Origin: Deltaproteobacteria bacterium
Lineage (GTDB): Bacteria > UBA10199 > JACPAL01 > JACOUP01
Assembly: GCA_016177765.1 (NCBI GenBank)
Contig: JACOUP010000008.1
Span: forward strand, 836,864-900,863
Direction of reading: 5' to 3'
DNA length: 64,000 bases
A program made the translations under genes and the position numbers. This document shows, piece by piece, positions 1 through 9,578 of the stretch. How positions within the stretch are numbered: the stretch's first letter is position 1; each line of letters opens with the position of its first letter. The notes beneath the pieces are model-generated. The model searched no databases and was not told the origin of the DNA. It worked only from the letters and a program-made list of their open reading frames with translations.

Positions 1-69
1 AGCCAGGCTGGCTGAATTTCCGGGAAAAACGCATCCCCTCCCCAACGGTTTGGAGGGATTTCGCCCCTT

Positions 70-84
70 GGGTGGCACACCCTT
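70..84. repeat. 15-nt palindromic-core mini-repeat unit GGGTGGCACACCCTT, flanked by partial units (ccctt upstream, gg downstream)
   Basis: Direct reading. Same GGGTG-NNN-CACCC-TT architecture as at 1897, 2396, 17553 and 52968. Confidence 0.6.
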
Positions 85-507
85 GGAGGACCCCCCCTTT
101 CCCGACAGTTCCAGCGACTTCTTCTCTTTTTACTTGAACGGCTGGCTTCATGACCCCCCCTTTAAAAACACTCTATATTGTATGCTTAAGCATATACAAC
201 CACAAGATATAGTGTGTCAAGAAACCGGTTCCCTCTTGGCAGATCGGGCTCGCGGCAAAGCCGCAACTGGTCCATTTTTGCCTCAATTTTGGGAAAAATT
301 TTGGGGTCTTGTGTCAATTTTGTCTCGGTGGAAAAGGAATTTAGCTAGAAGGCCTGCCGCCTTATCCCGATGTCCACCCCGCTCTTTGATATTGACAAAC
401 CGATGATCTTGTCAAAGAAAGGAAGCAACCCCCGTTGCCAGGTGCCGATAATAGGCCCGTTCCTCAAGATAAATAGATATTTAAGGAGGATTTTCCGCGT
501 GAGATCA

Positions 508-1119
508 ATGAAGACCGTTTTTGCATCCCTCCTTCTTTTGTTGACCCCTCTGGCGATAGCCCAGGAGTCAGCGCGACAGCCGAGCTTTGGGGGGATCAGG
601 GCCTTGGCCCTGAAAGACCCATTTTTGCTGTTTGAACTGGAACAGGGGAGAGAAAATAGCGCCCGGCATTTTGAGGGGGATGGGCACCTTCACCTCGTCA
701 ACCCGAAAAATCATGAAGAGCTGGATATCCGCTACCGGGATGAGAATGGCCGCTATGATCTGGCGAAGATTGCGGAGATCCGTCACCTCCTCCGGTGCCG
801 CCTGACCGGGACGGAGGCCGAAATCCCGCTGGCGCTGATCGAACTGGTCGACCGGATCCAGGATCATTTTCGTGCGAGTGAGGTCCACGTCCTTTCGGGC
901 TACCGGAGTCCGACCTTAAATGAGAGTCTCTGGAGGCGTGGCCGCCGGGTGGCCCGCCATAGTCTTCATATGCAGGGGATGGCGATGGATATCCAACTCC
1001 CCGGTGTCCCAGCCCGCCGACTCCGAGACTACGCCAAGAGCCTTCAAAGCGGCGGCGTTGGTTACTACCCACAGAGACACTTTGTCCATGTGGATGTTGG
1101 CCCTGTCCGTTATTGGTAA
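508..1119 (+). CDS. DUF882 / peptidase M15-like protein (YcbK/MepK-like murein endopeptidase family), secreted
   Basis: Signal peptide MKTVFASLLLLLTPLAIAQ. C-terminal region GYRSPTLNE...HSLHMQGMAMD...HFVHVDV is typical of the DUF882 zinc peptidase family. AGGAGG lies upstream; an in-frame GTG at 499 is an alternative start. Confidence 0.7.
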   Translation: MKTVFASLLLLLTPLAIAQESARQPSFGGIRALALKDPFLLFELEQGRENSARHFEGDGHLHLVNPKNHEELDIRYRDENGRYDLAKIAEIRHLLRCRLTGTEAEIPLALIELVDRIQDHFRASEVHVLSGYRSPTLNESLWRRGRRVARHSLHMQGMAMDIQLPGVPARRLRDYAKSLQSGGVGYYPQRHFVHVDVGPVRYW

Positions 1120-1120
1120 T

Positions 1121-2020
1121 CTATAAAAGAAGTTCTTCGAGGGGGATTTCTACCTTCTTCGCGGGGGTCAATGTAGGGCCCAACTTCTCCATATTGATAT
1201 CCCTTGAGTCGATCCCCAGGGAGAGGAGTTTCTCCAAAATCATGGGGAATAACGGGGGCCTTCGGCCATAGATGTCCGGATAGACTACCAGGGAATCATC
1301 CACCACACGGACAGGGTCGTAGATCACCTCCACAGGGACAGGCTTGGCCAGTCTGGTGACAAAGGTCTGTGTCCTGTTTCGCGAGTAGAGATCCAGGTAG
1401 GAGGCCTCTTTTTTTTCCGAGAAATGGGTTTGCAGGAACCAGGCGAGCTCGATCACATCCTTCTTTTTCATCCGGACACAGCCGTGGGAGGCGGCCTGCC
1501 CGATGAACTGCTCCTTGTTGGTGCCATGCAGGAGGAGCGATTCGCCGAGCGGCATCTTGGCCGGTCCGAGCGGGTTGTTTGGACCCGGCGGTGTCGGTTT
1601 TTCCCCGGCGGCCCAAGGGCTATCCGGGGGGAGCCACCAGGGGTTCCAGACAATGGTGTCAATTTCCCGACTGCCGGTAGGGGTTTTGTAACCGACGGTC
1701 CCGACGGAGATCGGGTAATCCTTGATCCCCCCCTCCCCGTCATCGAAATGAAGCCTTCCGGCAGGGATGTTGATCACAATCCTGACCGGAGGGGCAGCGT
1801 TGGGATCTTTTACCAAGAGGGGGGAGAAGAGTTGCTCCGAATCGAGGAGGTTCCACCCCTCCCGCTCCTCGAAAAGCCCCTGTTCATAGTAATTCGCCAA
1901 GGGTGGTTCACCCAAGGGTGGTTCACCCAAGACCCCTCCGGTAAAAAGCGGCCCCGGCAAGAAAAAGAGGGGGGCCAATAGGACGAGTCGTCCCAAATTA
2001 GTGAGTCTAATTATACCCAT
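1121..2020 (-). CDS. L,D-transpeptidase (YkuD domain)
   Basis: Catalytic motif HGT...SHGCVRM. N-terminal signal peptide. Carries the GEPPLGEPPL insertion encoded by the 15-nt repeat. Confidence 0.8.
   Translation of the reverse strand: MGIIRLTNLGRLVLLAPLFFLPGPLFTGGVLGEPPLGEPPLANYYEQGLFEEREGWNLLDSEQLFSPLLVKDPNAAPPVRIVINIPAGRLHFDDGEGGIKDYPISVGTVGYKTPTGSREIDTIVWNPWWLPPDSPWAAGEKPTPPGPNNPLGPAKMPLGESLLLHGTNKEQFIGQAASHGCVRMKKKDVIELAWFLQTHFSEKKEASYLDLYSRNRTQTFVTRLAKPVPVEVIYDPVRVVDDSLVVYPDIYGRRPPLFPMILEKLLSLGIDSRDINMEKLGPTLTPAKKVEIPLEELLL
1897..1931. repeat. Two tandem 15-nt units (GGGTGGTTCACCCAA, plus-strand reading) in-frame inside the L,D-transpeptidase gene
   Basis: Direct reading. Encodes GEPPLGEPPL just after the predicted signal peptide. 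Confidence 0.7.
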
Positions 2021-2116
2021 ATATCTCTCATTATGATTGTACCATAAATGGGGAGGCTAGAAACCCTAAATTCTTGACACCATTTTTAAACAGAGTTAGA
2101 TCGGCAGATCTTTTTT

Positions 2117-2314
2117 ATGGATAGGGAGATTGACCTGAAGGAACTGGAGCGGGCTTGTGGCAAGAGGGTGGAGGTGATCGCCTTTTCCCTTTCCTACACC
2201 GGTCTCTTGAAGGGGGTCGATTGGGAGAAGGGGACGATCCAGGTGGTGGATCGGGAGGACAAGGCGGTTTTGGAGATCGAACGGATTACCTCTTTTAAGA
2301 TTCTGGAGGGGTGA
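2117..2314 (+). CDS. small hypothetical protein
   Basis: 65-aa ORF whose stop overlaps the start of the next ORF (ATGA). No recognisable motif. Confidence 0.35.
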   Translation: MDREIDLKELERACGKRVEVIAFSLSYTGLLKGVDWEKGTIQVVDREDKAVLEIERITSFKILEG

Positions 2315-2685
2315 GGATGATGAGAAAACTCTTTTTTTGGGGCCTGTTTTTCCTTCTCTCTCGGGCGGCCTACGGTTTGCCTGTCGAAGAAAAAACACCC
2401 TTGGGTGAATCACCCTTTCGTGTCGTGATCTCCAGGATTTCCGATTATGGTCTTTTCAGGGAAATCCGGCAGAAGATCCGGCAGTCGGCGACCAATGTAA
2501 AAATGGTCCCGGTTTCTGAGACACCGCAGTTGATTGAATTTGAAGTGACTTCTACCGGAAAACCTGCTGATCTAGTGGCAACACTCCAGTCCAGCCTGGC
2601 CGACAGAGTTACCGTGGAGTTGAAAAATCTCCCTCGGGTGGATCACCCTTCGGGCATTCAGGAAATAACAATCAGCCCGAAGTAG
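2311..2685 (+). CDS. hypothetical secreted protein
   Basis: N-terminal signal peptide (MRMMRKLFFWGLFFLLSRAAYG). Contains one copy of the 15-nt repeat. Confidence 0.45.
   Translation: MRMMRKLFFWGLFFLLSRAAYGLPVEEKTPLGESPFRVVISRISDYGLFREIRQKIRQSATNVKMVPVSETPQLIEFEVTSTGKPADLVATLQSSLADRVTVELKNLPRVDHPSGIQEITISPK
2396..2417. repeat. 15-nt mini-repeat unit (exact GGGTGAATCACCCTT) with a partial flanking unit
   Basis: Direct reading. In-frame in the 2311..2685 ORF, encoding PLGESP. Confidence 0.65.
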
Positions 2686-2693
2686 TAAAAATG

Positions 2694-2767
2694 CGCGCCT
2701 GGCGTGATTCGAACACGCGACCCCTTGCTTCGTAGGCAAGTGCTCTAATCCACTGAGCTACAGGCGC
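2694..2767 (-). tRNA. tRNA-Arg (anticodon ACG)
   Basis: The reverse complement folds as a cloverleaf: acceptor GCGCCTG/CAGGCGC, D arm GCTC...GAGC, anticodon stem CTTGC/GCAAG with loop CTACGAA, T arm GCGTG-TTCGAAT-CACGC, discriminator G. CCA is not encoded. Confidence 0.85.
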
Positions 2768-2843
2768 TTGTTGAGCAGCGGTCGCGTAGGCGGCCGGTGC
2801 GATTACGAGCGCTTGTCCCTAGTTTGGGGACAGGTGCTTTGCG

Positions 2844-2874
2844 CAAAAAGACCCGGCTAGGAATAGCCGGGTCT
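2844..2874 (-). terminator. rho-independent terminator downstream of atpE
   Basis: Hairpin gacccggc-taggaata-gccgggtc followed by a T-run on the minus strand (AAAAA before it on the plus strand). Confidence 0.6.
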
Positions 2875-2897
2875 TCTCTCAAAGTCAAACAGGACTA

Positions 2898-3227
2898 CTA
2901 GATCTTGCCTTGTAGCAAGAACGCAATAACCAGGGCGTAGATGACCAGTGACTCGATCAGCGCCAGGGCAATGATCATCGACGTCTGCACCTTGGCCGCG
3001 GCACCGGGATTGCGGGCAATCCCTTCCAGAGCCGCTGCGGCGGCACGCGACTGACCCAAGGCACCGCCGAAGGCGGCGATGGCGATGCCAAAACCGGCGG
3101 CAATCGCCAGGGCTGATTTTAAACTGCCTCCGTCAGCAACGGCAGCCTCATGTTCTGCGGCAAACGCTACGGCTGTGATCAGAAAACTCCCTACTGATGT
3201 TGTGAGAGCAATCAAAAACCGTTTCAT
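2898..3227 (-). CDS. atpE: ATP synthase F0 subunit c
   Basis: GIARNPGAA...ALALIESL motif, two TM helices, 109 aa. Confidence 0.9.
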   Translation of the reverse strand: MKRFLIALTTSVGSFLITAVAFAAEHEAAVADGGSLKSALAIAAGFGIAIAAFGGALGQSRAAAAALEGIARNPGAAAKVQTSMIIALALIESLVIYALVIAFLLQGKI

Positions 3228-3250
3228 GACTTTCCTCCTTTCTTTAAAAT

Positions 3251-3952
3251 TTAGTGATGTTCCTCATGGGCGGTGGCCAAGCCAACGTAGATGATCGACA
3301 GGAGGCTGAAGACAAACGCCTGAATGAAGGCCACGAAAACCGCGAGGGCCATAAAAACGACAGGGAGCAAAAAGGGGACCAGATGGGAAAAGATCCCCAA
3401 GACAAGATGATCCCCCGTGATATTACCAAAGAGACGCAGTGACAGGGAAACAGGCCTGACCAGGTGGCCGATCATCTCGATCACAAACATCAACGGGGCG
3501 AGCCAGACGATTGGCCCCATAAAGTGCCTCATGTAATTTTTAAACCCGTGGGCCCGGATTCCCTGGTAATTATAATAGAGAAACACCGTGATCGCGCAGG
3601 CCAGGTTGGTATTAATGTTGTCCGTCGGGGGGAGAAAGCCGGGGATGACCGACAGGAGATTGCACAAGAAAATATAGATGAAGAGGGTGCCGATCAGGGG
3701 AAAATATTTTGGGGCTTGAGACCCCATGACCCCTTCCATCAGTGAGAGGATATTTTCGACAGCCACCTCGTAGAGGTTGACCAGACTCAGCCCTCCTTCC
3801 GGCACCAGCCTCTTTTCAACCTGTCTTAATTTCCCGGAGACCAGAAAGGCGGTGATGAGAATAACCAACACCACCAATCCGGCCGAGAACATATGGATGT
3901 TGTGGTGACCAATCGCCGATGAAATCAGGGAAAACCAGGTAAAATCATGCAT
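3251..3952 (-). CDS. atpB: ATP synthase F0 subunit a
   Basis: LSLRLFGN motif, polytopic membrane protein. Confidence 0.9.
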   Translation of the reverse strand: MHDFTWFSLISSAIGHHNIHMFSAGLVVLVILITAFLVSGKLRQVEKRLVPEGGLSLVNLYEVAVENILSLMEGVMGSQAPKYFPLIGTLFIYIFLCNLLSVIPGFLPPTDNINTNLACAITVFLYYNYQGIRAHGFKNYMRHFMGPIVWLAPLMFVIEMIGHLVRPVSLSLRLFGNITGDHLVLGIFSHLVPFLLPVVFMALAVFVAFIQAFVFSLLSIIYVGLATAHEEHH

Positions 3953-4307
3953 GAAGTATATCCTTAACAGCTATGAGGAGGGCGGCTATAAAGATGTTGG
4001 AAAGCCCCACCAAAAGCGGGACTGCCGTAACATGGGTCTTGAGAAGAATCAAGCCGATAATCACGAAAACGAAGAGGAATTTCAGGATAAAGGTGACCAC
4101 CAGCCGCCTCTTTCCTGCTGTTGAGAGCCCCAAAAGACTACGGACGATCTGCCGGATCAAAAAATAATTGGCCAAACCAACAAAGACTCCAATTGTCAGA
4201 CTGACAACGGTCTCCACCGATCGGGTCCAGAGGCTTCCAAGGATCATGAGGCCACTGACACCAATCAGGAGGCGACCGAGTCCTATTTCTTTCGGTTGTT
4301 CTTCCAT
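3945..4307 (-). CDS. ATP synthase protein I-like membrane protein
   Basis: Small hydrophobic protein immediately upstream of atpB; operon position. Confidence 0.5.
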   Translation of the reverse strand: MEEQPKEIGLGRLLIGVSGLMILGSLWTRSVETVVSLTIGVFVGLANYFLIRQIVRSLLGLSTAGKRRLVVTFILKFLFVFVIIGLILLKTHVTAVPLLVGLSNIFIAALLIAVKDILHA

Positions 4308-4519
4308 GTCAAGAGACGGATCAGGTTGTAGAAGCCGCCGATCGAACCGATCAGCAGACCGGTCAGGGTGAGCCAGGGGGAACTACCCCATTTTTTATCG
4401 AAGTAGGCCCCGATCATCAAACCGGCAACGACCGTGATGGCAAGCTGAAAACCAACTGCGCCGTAAATACCAAAGGCGATAAGAGAAGAGTCTGGTTTTT
4501 TTTTGTCATTAAGGGCCAT
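4283..4519 (-). CDS. AtpZ/AtpI family protein
   Basis: 78-aa two-TM protein preceding atpI-atpB-atpE; resembles the AtpZ family. Confidence 0.55.
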   Translation of the reverse strand: MALNDKKKPDSSLIAFGIYGAVGFQLAITVVAGLMIGAYFDKKWGSSPWLTLTGLLIGSIGGFYNLIRLLTWKNNRKK

Positions 4520-5571
4520 CAGAGAATTCGTCCCATGACGGGGGCGAGGGTTTTAAGTTTACTCATCAACTCTTCGAAACGGGCAAACGTCAAGGATTGT
4601 CCCCCATCGGAGAGCGCCTCTTCAGGGCAGGGGTGGACCTCCACCATTACCCCATCGGCCCCTGCGGCGATGCCGGCCATCGCCATCGGGATGACATAAG
4701 CCCAATGACCTGTCCCGTGGGAAGGATCGACGATCACCGGGAGGTGTGTTTCCTTCCGGAGGACCGGGATGGCATTCAGGTCGAGGGTATTGCGCGTCGC
4801 TGTTTCGAAAGTCCGGATCCCTCGTTCGCAAAGAATGACATTCGGGTTGCCGCCGGTGATGATATATTCGGCGGAGAGGAGCCATTCCTTGATGGTGGTG
4901 GACATCCCCCGTTTGAGGAAGACCGGTTTTTCACACCCCCCCAGTTCTTTAAGGAGGGAAAAGTTTTGGACATTCCTCGCCCCAACCTGCAGGATATCGG
5001 CATATTTAGCGACCAACGACACATCTTTTTGATTGAGGACCTCCGTAATGACCGGGAGCCCGGTTTCCTCACGGGCCTTGGCCAGCAGTTTTAACCCCTT
5101 TTCCTCCAACCCCTGAAAGTCATAGGGAGAGGTCCTCGGTTTGAAGGCCCCCCCGCGGAGGATCTGGCCCCCCATCTTTTTGATGGCCCGGGCGGTTTCC
5201 AAAATCTGCCTTTCACTCTCGACGGAACAGGGACCGGCCATCACACAGATCCCCTTGCCGCCGATCCGGGCCTCCCCTACCTTGATAACCGTTTTTTCTT
5301 TTTTGATCTCGCTCGAGGCGAGCTTGTACGGCTTGGAAATCGGCACCACTGCCTCCACCCCCTCAAAACTCTGGAGGTCCAGGAGGTCAGTTTTTTTCTT
5401 GTCATGCCCGACCGCCGCAACGACATTTCGCTCCTCGCCATGGATGATATGCGGCTTGAAACCGAGCTCTTCGACCTTTTTAACAACGGCGTCCAGCGAC
5501 TCCTTGCCGGCGCCGATTTTCATGACGATGATCACAATCTCTCTTTCTTCTGTTGATAAGCTCCTTGTCAA
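4519..5571 (-). CDS. 3-deoxy-7-phosphoheptulonate (DAHP) synthase, class I-beta with N-terminal regulatory domain
   Basis: KDO8P/DAHP synthase core (GPCSVES...VIVDPSHG...) preceded by an ~80-aa ferredoxin-like/ACT-like domain. Confidence 0.8.
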   Translation of the reverse strand: MTRSLSTEEREIVIIVMKIGAGKESLDAVVKKVEELGFKPHIIHGEERNVVAAVGHDKKKTDLLDLQSFEGVEAVVPISKPYKLASSEIKKEKTVIKVGEARIGGKGICVMAGPCSVESERQILETARAIKKMGGQILRGGAFKPRTSPYDFQGLEEKGLKLLAKAREETGLPVITEVLNQKDVSLVAKYADILQVGARNVQNFSLLKELGGCEKPVFLKRGMSTTIKEWLLSAEYIITGGNPNVILCERGIRTFETATRNTLDLNAIPVLRKETHLPVIVDPSHGTGHWAYVIPMAMAGIAAGADGVMVEVHPCPEEALSDGGQSLTFARFEELMSKLKTLAPVMGRIL

Positions 5572-5583
5572 GCGGCAAATCCC

Positions 5584-5880
5584 GTGTTAATCGGAGGATT
5601 GATGAAACTCAAAAAAGAACAGATCCACAGGATTGCCGCGTTGGTGACACGACGCCTGAAGGAAAAGGGGGTTGTCTTCAAGGTTTCTGAGGAAAAGATC
5701 CTGGCCAAGGCCGATGCGGTGGTCCTGAAAAACATGGATGAGGAAGAGGCGATTGACCAGCAGGTCCGGAAATATCTGGAGAAGTACCAGACCGAAATCA
5801 GCCGGGGACAGGTTGATCCCCAAAAAATGTTTTTGATGATCAAGAAACAGATCGCCAAAGAAAAGAATTTTATCCTGTAG
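5584..5880 (+). CDS. DUF507 family protein
   Basis: Charged ~98-aa protein resembling DUF507; a paralog sits directly downstream. Confidence 0.45.
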   Translation: MLIGGLMKLKKEQIHRIAALVTRRLKEKGVVFKVSEEKILAKADAVVLKNMDEEEAIDQQVRKYLEKYQTEISRGQVDPQKMFLMIKKQIAKEKNFIL

Positions 5881-5913
5881 GGGCGAGGTGACCTCGCCCT
5901 TACGTAAGACACG

Positions 5914-6186
5914 ATGCACTTTTCCGAAGACAGATTAACGCATCTCGCCCATCTGATCCATGATGGCCTCTACAAGGATGACCTGGTTGACTATCCCGAT
6001 GAGGACAAGGCCTTGAGAGAAATCAAGAAGGTGTTGATGGAGTATCTCCACCTGGATGAAGCGATCGACGAGACTGTCCGGGCCAAGATTACCTCTCAGC
6101 GACGAGGGATCGCTGAAGGGAGCCGTGAGTGGGAGATCCTCTACAAGAAGTATTTTGAGGAAGAACTGAATAAAAAAAGGTTTTAA
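5914..6186 (+). CDS. DUF507 family protein (paralog)
   Basis: Similar size and charge pattern to the preceding ORF; tandem arrangement. Confidence 0.45.
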   Translation: MHFSEDRLTHLAHLIHDGLYKDDLVDYPDEDKALREIKKVLMEYLHLDEAIDETVRAKITSQRRGIAEGSREWEILYKKYFEEELNKKRF

Positions 6187-7379
6187 TCCTGCTCCACGGC
6201 GCTTCCGGAATTAAAGGTGAGATTATCAGCGGTGAATTCTGTGGTTCCGCCCATGCCGTAGGAAGCCCCATAGATGGCTAGGAAGAGATTGCCGGAGAGA
6301 TTGGGCTGAGTGATGTTATTGCCGATCTGGGTAAATGAAGATTGCCCCTCCGCCTTTCGGAAGCAACTAAAAGTTGTCCCGCTCCGGACGACCCTCAAGG
6401 TGATGCTGGTCGAGACGGTAAGGTTAATGGATCCAGCCATGGCAACTTCAGTGAGGGCGCAGGAACTCCCTCCCTGGGCGGCAAGGGTACCACTGGTGTA
6501 GGTTGTTGTGGAACAACCGGTGGCGACCTGCCCGCAGAGGAGGAGATTGCTTGTTCCCTCACCCATTGTTGGGGCCACACCGATGCCGACGATGGTAGTT
6601 GTTGCTTCCAGAAACATCGAAGTAAAGGTAATCTCGGCACTGAAATCACCGGAAACCTCCTTGGCGAGCGAGGGGACCGTGTTGAAGCCGTTTTCCACAC
6701 TTATGAAATCGGTGGAGTGGTCCAGCTTGACACGCTCACTGGCCAGGGTGATCGCTGCTCCGGAGCTACCGCCGGCGGCATTCTTCTGGTTGGAGCTATT
6801 GCTGAAGACAAAACAGTTCGCCAGCGTTTCTGCATTGCTAAAATCATCGGAACTGCCGCAACCACTGGTCATGGTATAGGCAAGATTTTCCGCCAAAGGG
6901 TTCCCTGTGGCATCCTTGACGCCGTCCGACCCTCCGACAACCGTCAAGGTACAGGAACGTCGCTGGGAGATGTTGGCATCGGGGTCAAAGGTGAATTCGT
7001 TGTCGGCAATCCCATCCGAGTCGGTAGAGGCGGCGACCTTACCAGTCACGGCGGTTCCGTTGCAGGAGAGGGTGACGGTGTTTGTAGAGAGCGAAGTGGT
7101 GTCCATCGCCTCGGTGAATGTGAACAAAAAGGAGGAACTAACCCTGACCGTGGAGCCGGTGCTGGCCAGGGTGTTACCGGAGGAATCCTTGAGGGTAGAA
7201 AGGGTTGGTGCGGTAGCATCTTTTTCTGGGGAGGTACTCCCGTCCTCCGAATCTTCGGTTGAACCACCACACCCCCAAAAACCAAACGGGAGGAACCAAA
7301 GACCAAACGAGAAGAAAAGGAGACCTACGAGAAGCCACCGGCCAGCAATAGTCTTGATTTGCCGAAGAGAAGAAAACAC
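6183..7379 (-). CDS. Ser/Thr/Gly-rich lipoprotein
   Basis: Signal peptide with lipobox-like ...GCGGS. Low-complexity S/T/G-rich beta-type sequence. Confidence 0.55.
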   Translation of the reverse strand: MFSSLRQIKTIAGRWLLVGLLFFSFGLWFLPFGFWGCGGSTEDSEDGSTSPEKDATAPTLSTLKDSSGNTLASTGSTVRVSSSFLFTFTEAMDTTSLSTNTVTLSCNGTAVTGKVAASTDSDGIADNEFTFDPDANISQRRSCTLTVVGGSDGVKDATGNPLAENLAYTMTSGCGSSDDFSNAETLANCFVFSNSSNQKNAAGGSSGAAITLASERVKLDHSTDFISVENGFNTVPSLAKEVSGDFSAEITFTSMFLEATTTIVGIGVAPTMGEGTSNLLLCGQVATGCSTTTYTSGTLAAQGGSSCALTEVAMAGSINLTVSTSITLRVVRSGTTFSCFRKAEGQSSFTQIGNNITQPNLSGNLFLAIYGASYGMGGTTEFTADNLTFNSGSAVEQD

Positions 7380-7443
7380 ATACCTTATTCTACGCCCTTT
7401 CCAGGATCAGGGCCAGTATTTTTATGGAATGGTACATCGGCCG

Positions 7444-8726
7444 CTAGAGTGCCTGAAAGGCCTTTTCTGCGCTGTCCAGTGTCTTGCTGATTTCCCATTC
7501 AGAGTGACTGATGGAGACAAACGCCGCCTCAAACGGGGAGGGGGGGAGGTAGACCCCTTGATCTAACATAGCATGGAAAAATCTTGAAAACTTTTGGGTA
7601 TCACTTCTTCGAACCTCCTCAGCATTGGTGATTGGTCCTGCGGAAAAGAAAATGGTAAACATGGAGCCAGCCCGTTCCACGGTAACCGGGATTCCATATC
7701 GGCTGGCTGCTTCTTTGAATCCTTTGGTCAGTATTTGGGTCTTTTGACTGAGGGACTCATAAGGGTTGAGTTTTTTCAGCGCCTCCAGTGTGGCAATCCC
7801 GGCGGCCATGGCGATCGGGTTTCCCGAAAGAGTTCCTGCCTGGTAGACCGGCCCTTCGGGGGCGACGAGTTGCATAATTTCTTTTTTGCCGCCGTAGGCC
7901 CCAACCGGAAAACCACCGCCGATAATCTTTCCTAATGTTGTCAGATCCGGCCGGATATTATAGAGCTGTTGAACTCCGCCGAAGGCCACGCGGAAACCGG
8001 TCATCACCTCGTCAAAAATGAGAAGGTTTTTCTCGCGGTCGCAGAGTTCCCGGAGTTTTTTCAAAAAATCGAGGCGGGGGAGGATGACTCCCATGTTGCC
8101 GACAATCGGTTCGATAATAACCGCCGCAATCGCCCCAGGATTTTTTTGAAAGAGTTCTTCAACCCCCGCGATGTCGTTGTAACGGGCGATCAATGTGTTT
8201 TGCACAAACTCTTCCGGTACACCGGCGCTGTTGGGAATCCCCAGTGTTGCGGCACCGGAACCGGCCTTGACCAGAAGGGTGTCCGCATGGCCATGGTAAC
8301 AACCGTCAAACTTGATTATTTTTTTTCTCTTGGTGAAGGCGCGGGCGACACGCAAGGCCCCCATCACCGCCTCCGTTCCGGAATTAACAAAACGGATTTT
8401 CTGTATTGAGGGAAAGGCTTCTTGAACCAAAGTGGCGAGGGTTATTTCCGATTCTGTGGGAGTTCCAAAACTAGTCCCCCGTTTGAGCGCCTGTTTTACT
8501 TTTTTAATCACGAAGGGGTGATTATGCCCGAGAATCATCGGCCCCCAACTGCCGACATAATCGATATATCGGTTGCCATCGGTATCCCAGAGATGGGGGC
8601 CTTTGGCCTTTTTGATAAAGAGTGGCGTTCCGCCGACCCCTTTAAAAGCACGGACGGGACTGGAGACCCCGCCGGGCATCAGTTGAGTTGCCTGTGAAAA
8701 GAGCCGTTCGGATTCTGTTGTTCTCA
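7444..8726 (-). CDS. hemL: glutamate-1-semialdehyde 2,1-aminomutase
   Basis: LMPGGVSSPVRAF, YIDYVGSWGP and the class III aminotransferase core. The ORF extends to 8817, but conserved N-terminal spacing suggests a GTG start near 8726. Confidence 0.9.
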
Positions 8727-8810
8727 CAGGACCCGTTCCTATAAATGATCGCACCCTATTGTCAACGATGTTGACAAACAATGCTGGTAGGCGATAGAGA
8801 CGCCTGAAGT

Positions 8811-9578
8811 ATGACACTCACTGGTGTTCCGTGGAAACCCAAAAGACCTGAGGTGACTGCAGAGATCAAGACGTCACTTTCCAACCAGAAAGGGGCGATG
8901 CCCTCCTTTTTGATGGTGGTGACCTCCTTCGTGTTGGGGATCTTTATTGCCGGTCTTGTGGTCCTGGCTTACAACGGGTTCCAGCACCTGTTGGCGGGCT
9001 ACCAGCAGAAACTGGAAGAGAGCAGTCGGTCGCTGGGAGAACTGACCTCGCAAACCTCTGAAATTCTCCAGCAGGTCAACGTGGCACTGGAGGAAAACCA
9101 GAGAAAGATTGAAGAGCTGGAACAACTGAAGTCGGAAATGGTGAAAACGCCGGAGCCGAAACCGGTGGAACAACCGAAGAAAGTTAACATTGAAAAGCCA
9201 AAAAATGTTGAGGCCTCTCTTTCCAAGATCTCCAAAGGAGTGGTTTTACCCAAGGATCCCCTTGATGAAGAGGTGGAACGGTTGACCTCCCATGGCATGC
9301 CGGAAGATTACGGACGCCGGAGCCGACTGATTGAACTTTATAAAAGGAAGGCGGAGAGGAACCCGACCGATGCCCATTCCCTCCTGATGGTCGGCCGTCT
9401 CTCCCAGCAGGTTGGGGATTACGCCCAGGCGACCCGTTATCTGGAGAAGGTCCTAGAGAAGAGTGGTGATAATCAGGAAGTCGTCGCCCGTCTGGCCGAT
9501 ATTTATAATGATTGGAAGATGCCTGAAAAGGCGGAGTATTATAAGCAGAAGCTAGCAGGTAGGGATATTAAAGACTGA
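8811..9578 (+). CDS. membrane-anchored coiled-coil/TPR-like protein
   Basis: N-terminal TM helix, coiled-coil segment, C-terminal TPR-like helices. Confidence 0.5.
   Translation: MTLTGVPWKPKRPEVTAEIKTSLSNQKGAMPSFLMVVTSFVLGIFIAGLVVLAYNGFQHLLAGYQQKLEESSRSLGELTSQTSEILQQVNVALEENQRKIEELEQLKSEMVKTPEPKPVEQPKKVNIEKPKNVEASLSKISKGVVLPKDPLDEEVERLTSHGMPEDYGRRSRLIELYKRKAERNPTDAHSLLMVGRLSQQVGDYAQATRYLEKVLEKSGDNQEVVARLADIYNDWKMPEKAEYYKQKLAGRDIKD

Noticed and set aside
50-406. 118-aa ORF at the window start (MEGFRPLGGTPLEDPP...)
   Set aside because: No motif, mixed composition, no ribosome-binding site, and it contains the 15-nt repeat. More likely intergenic/promoter sequence or the tail of an upstream element than a real gene.
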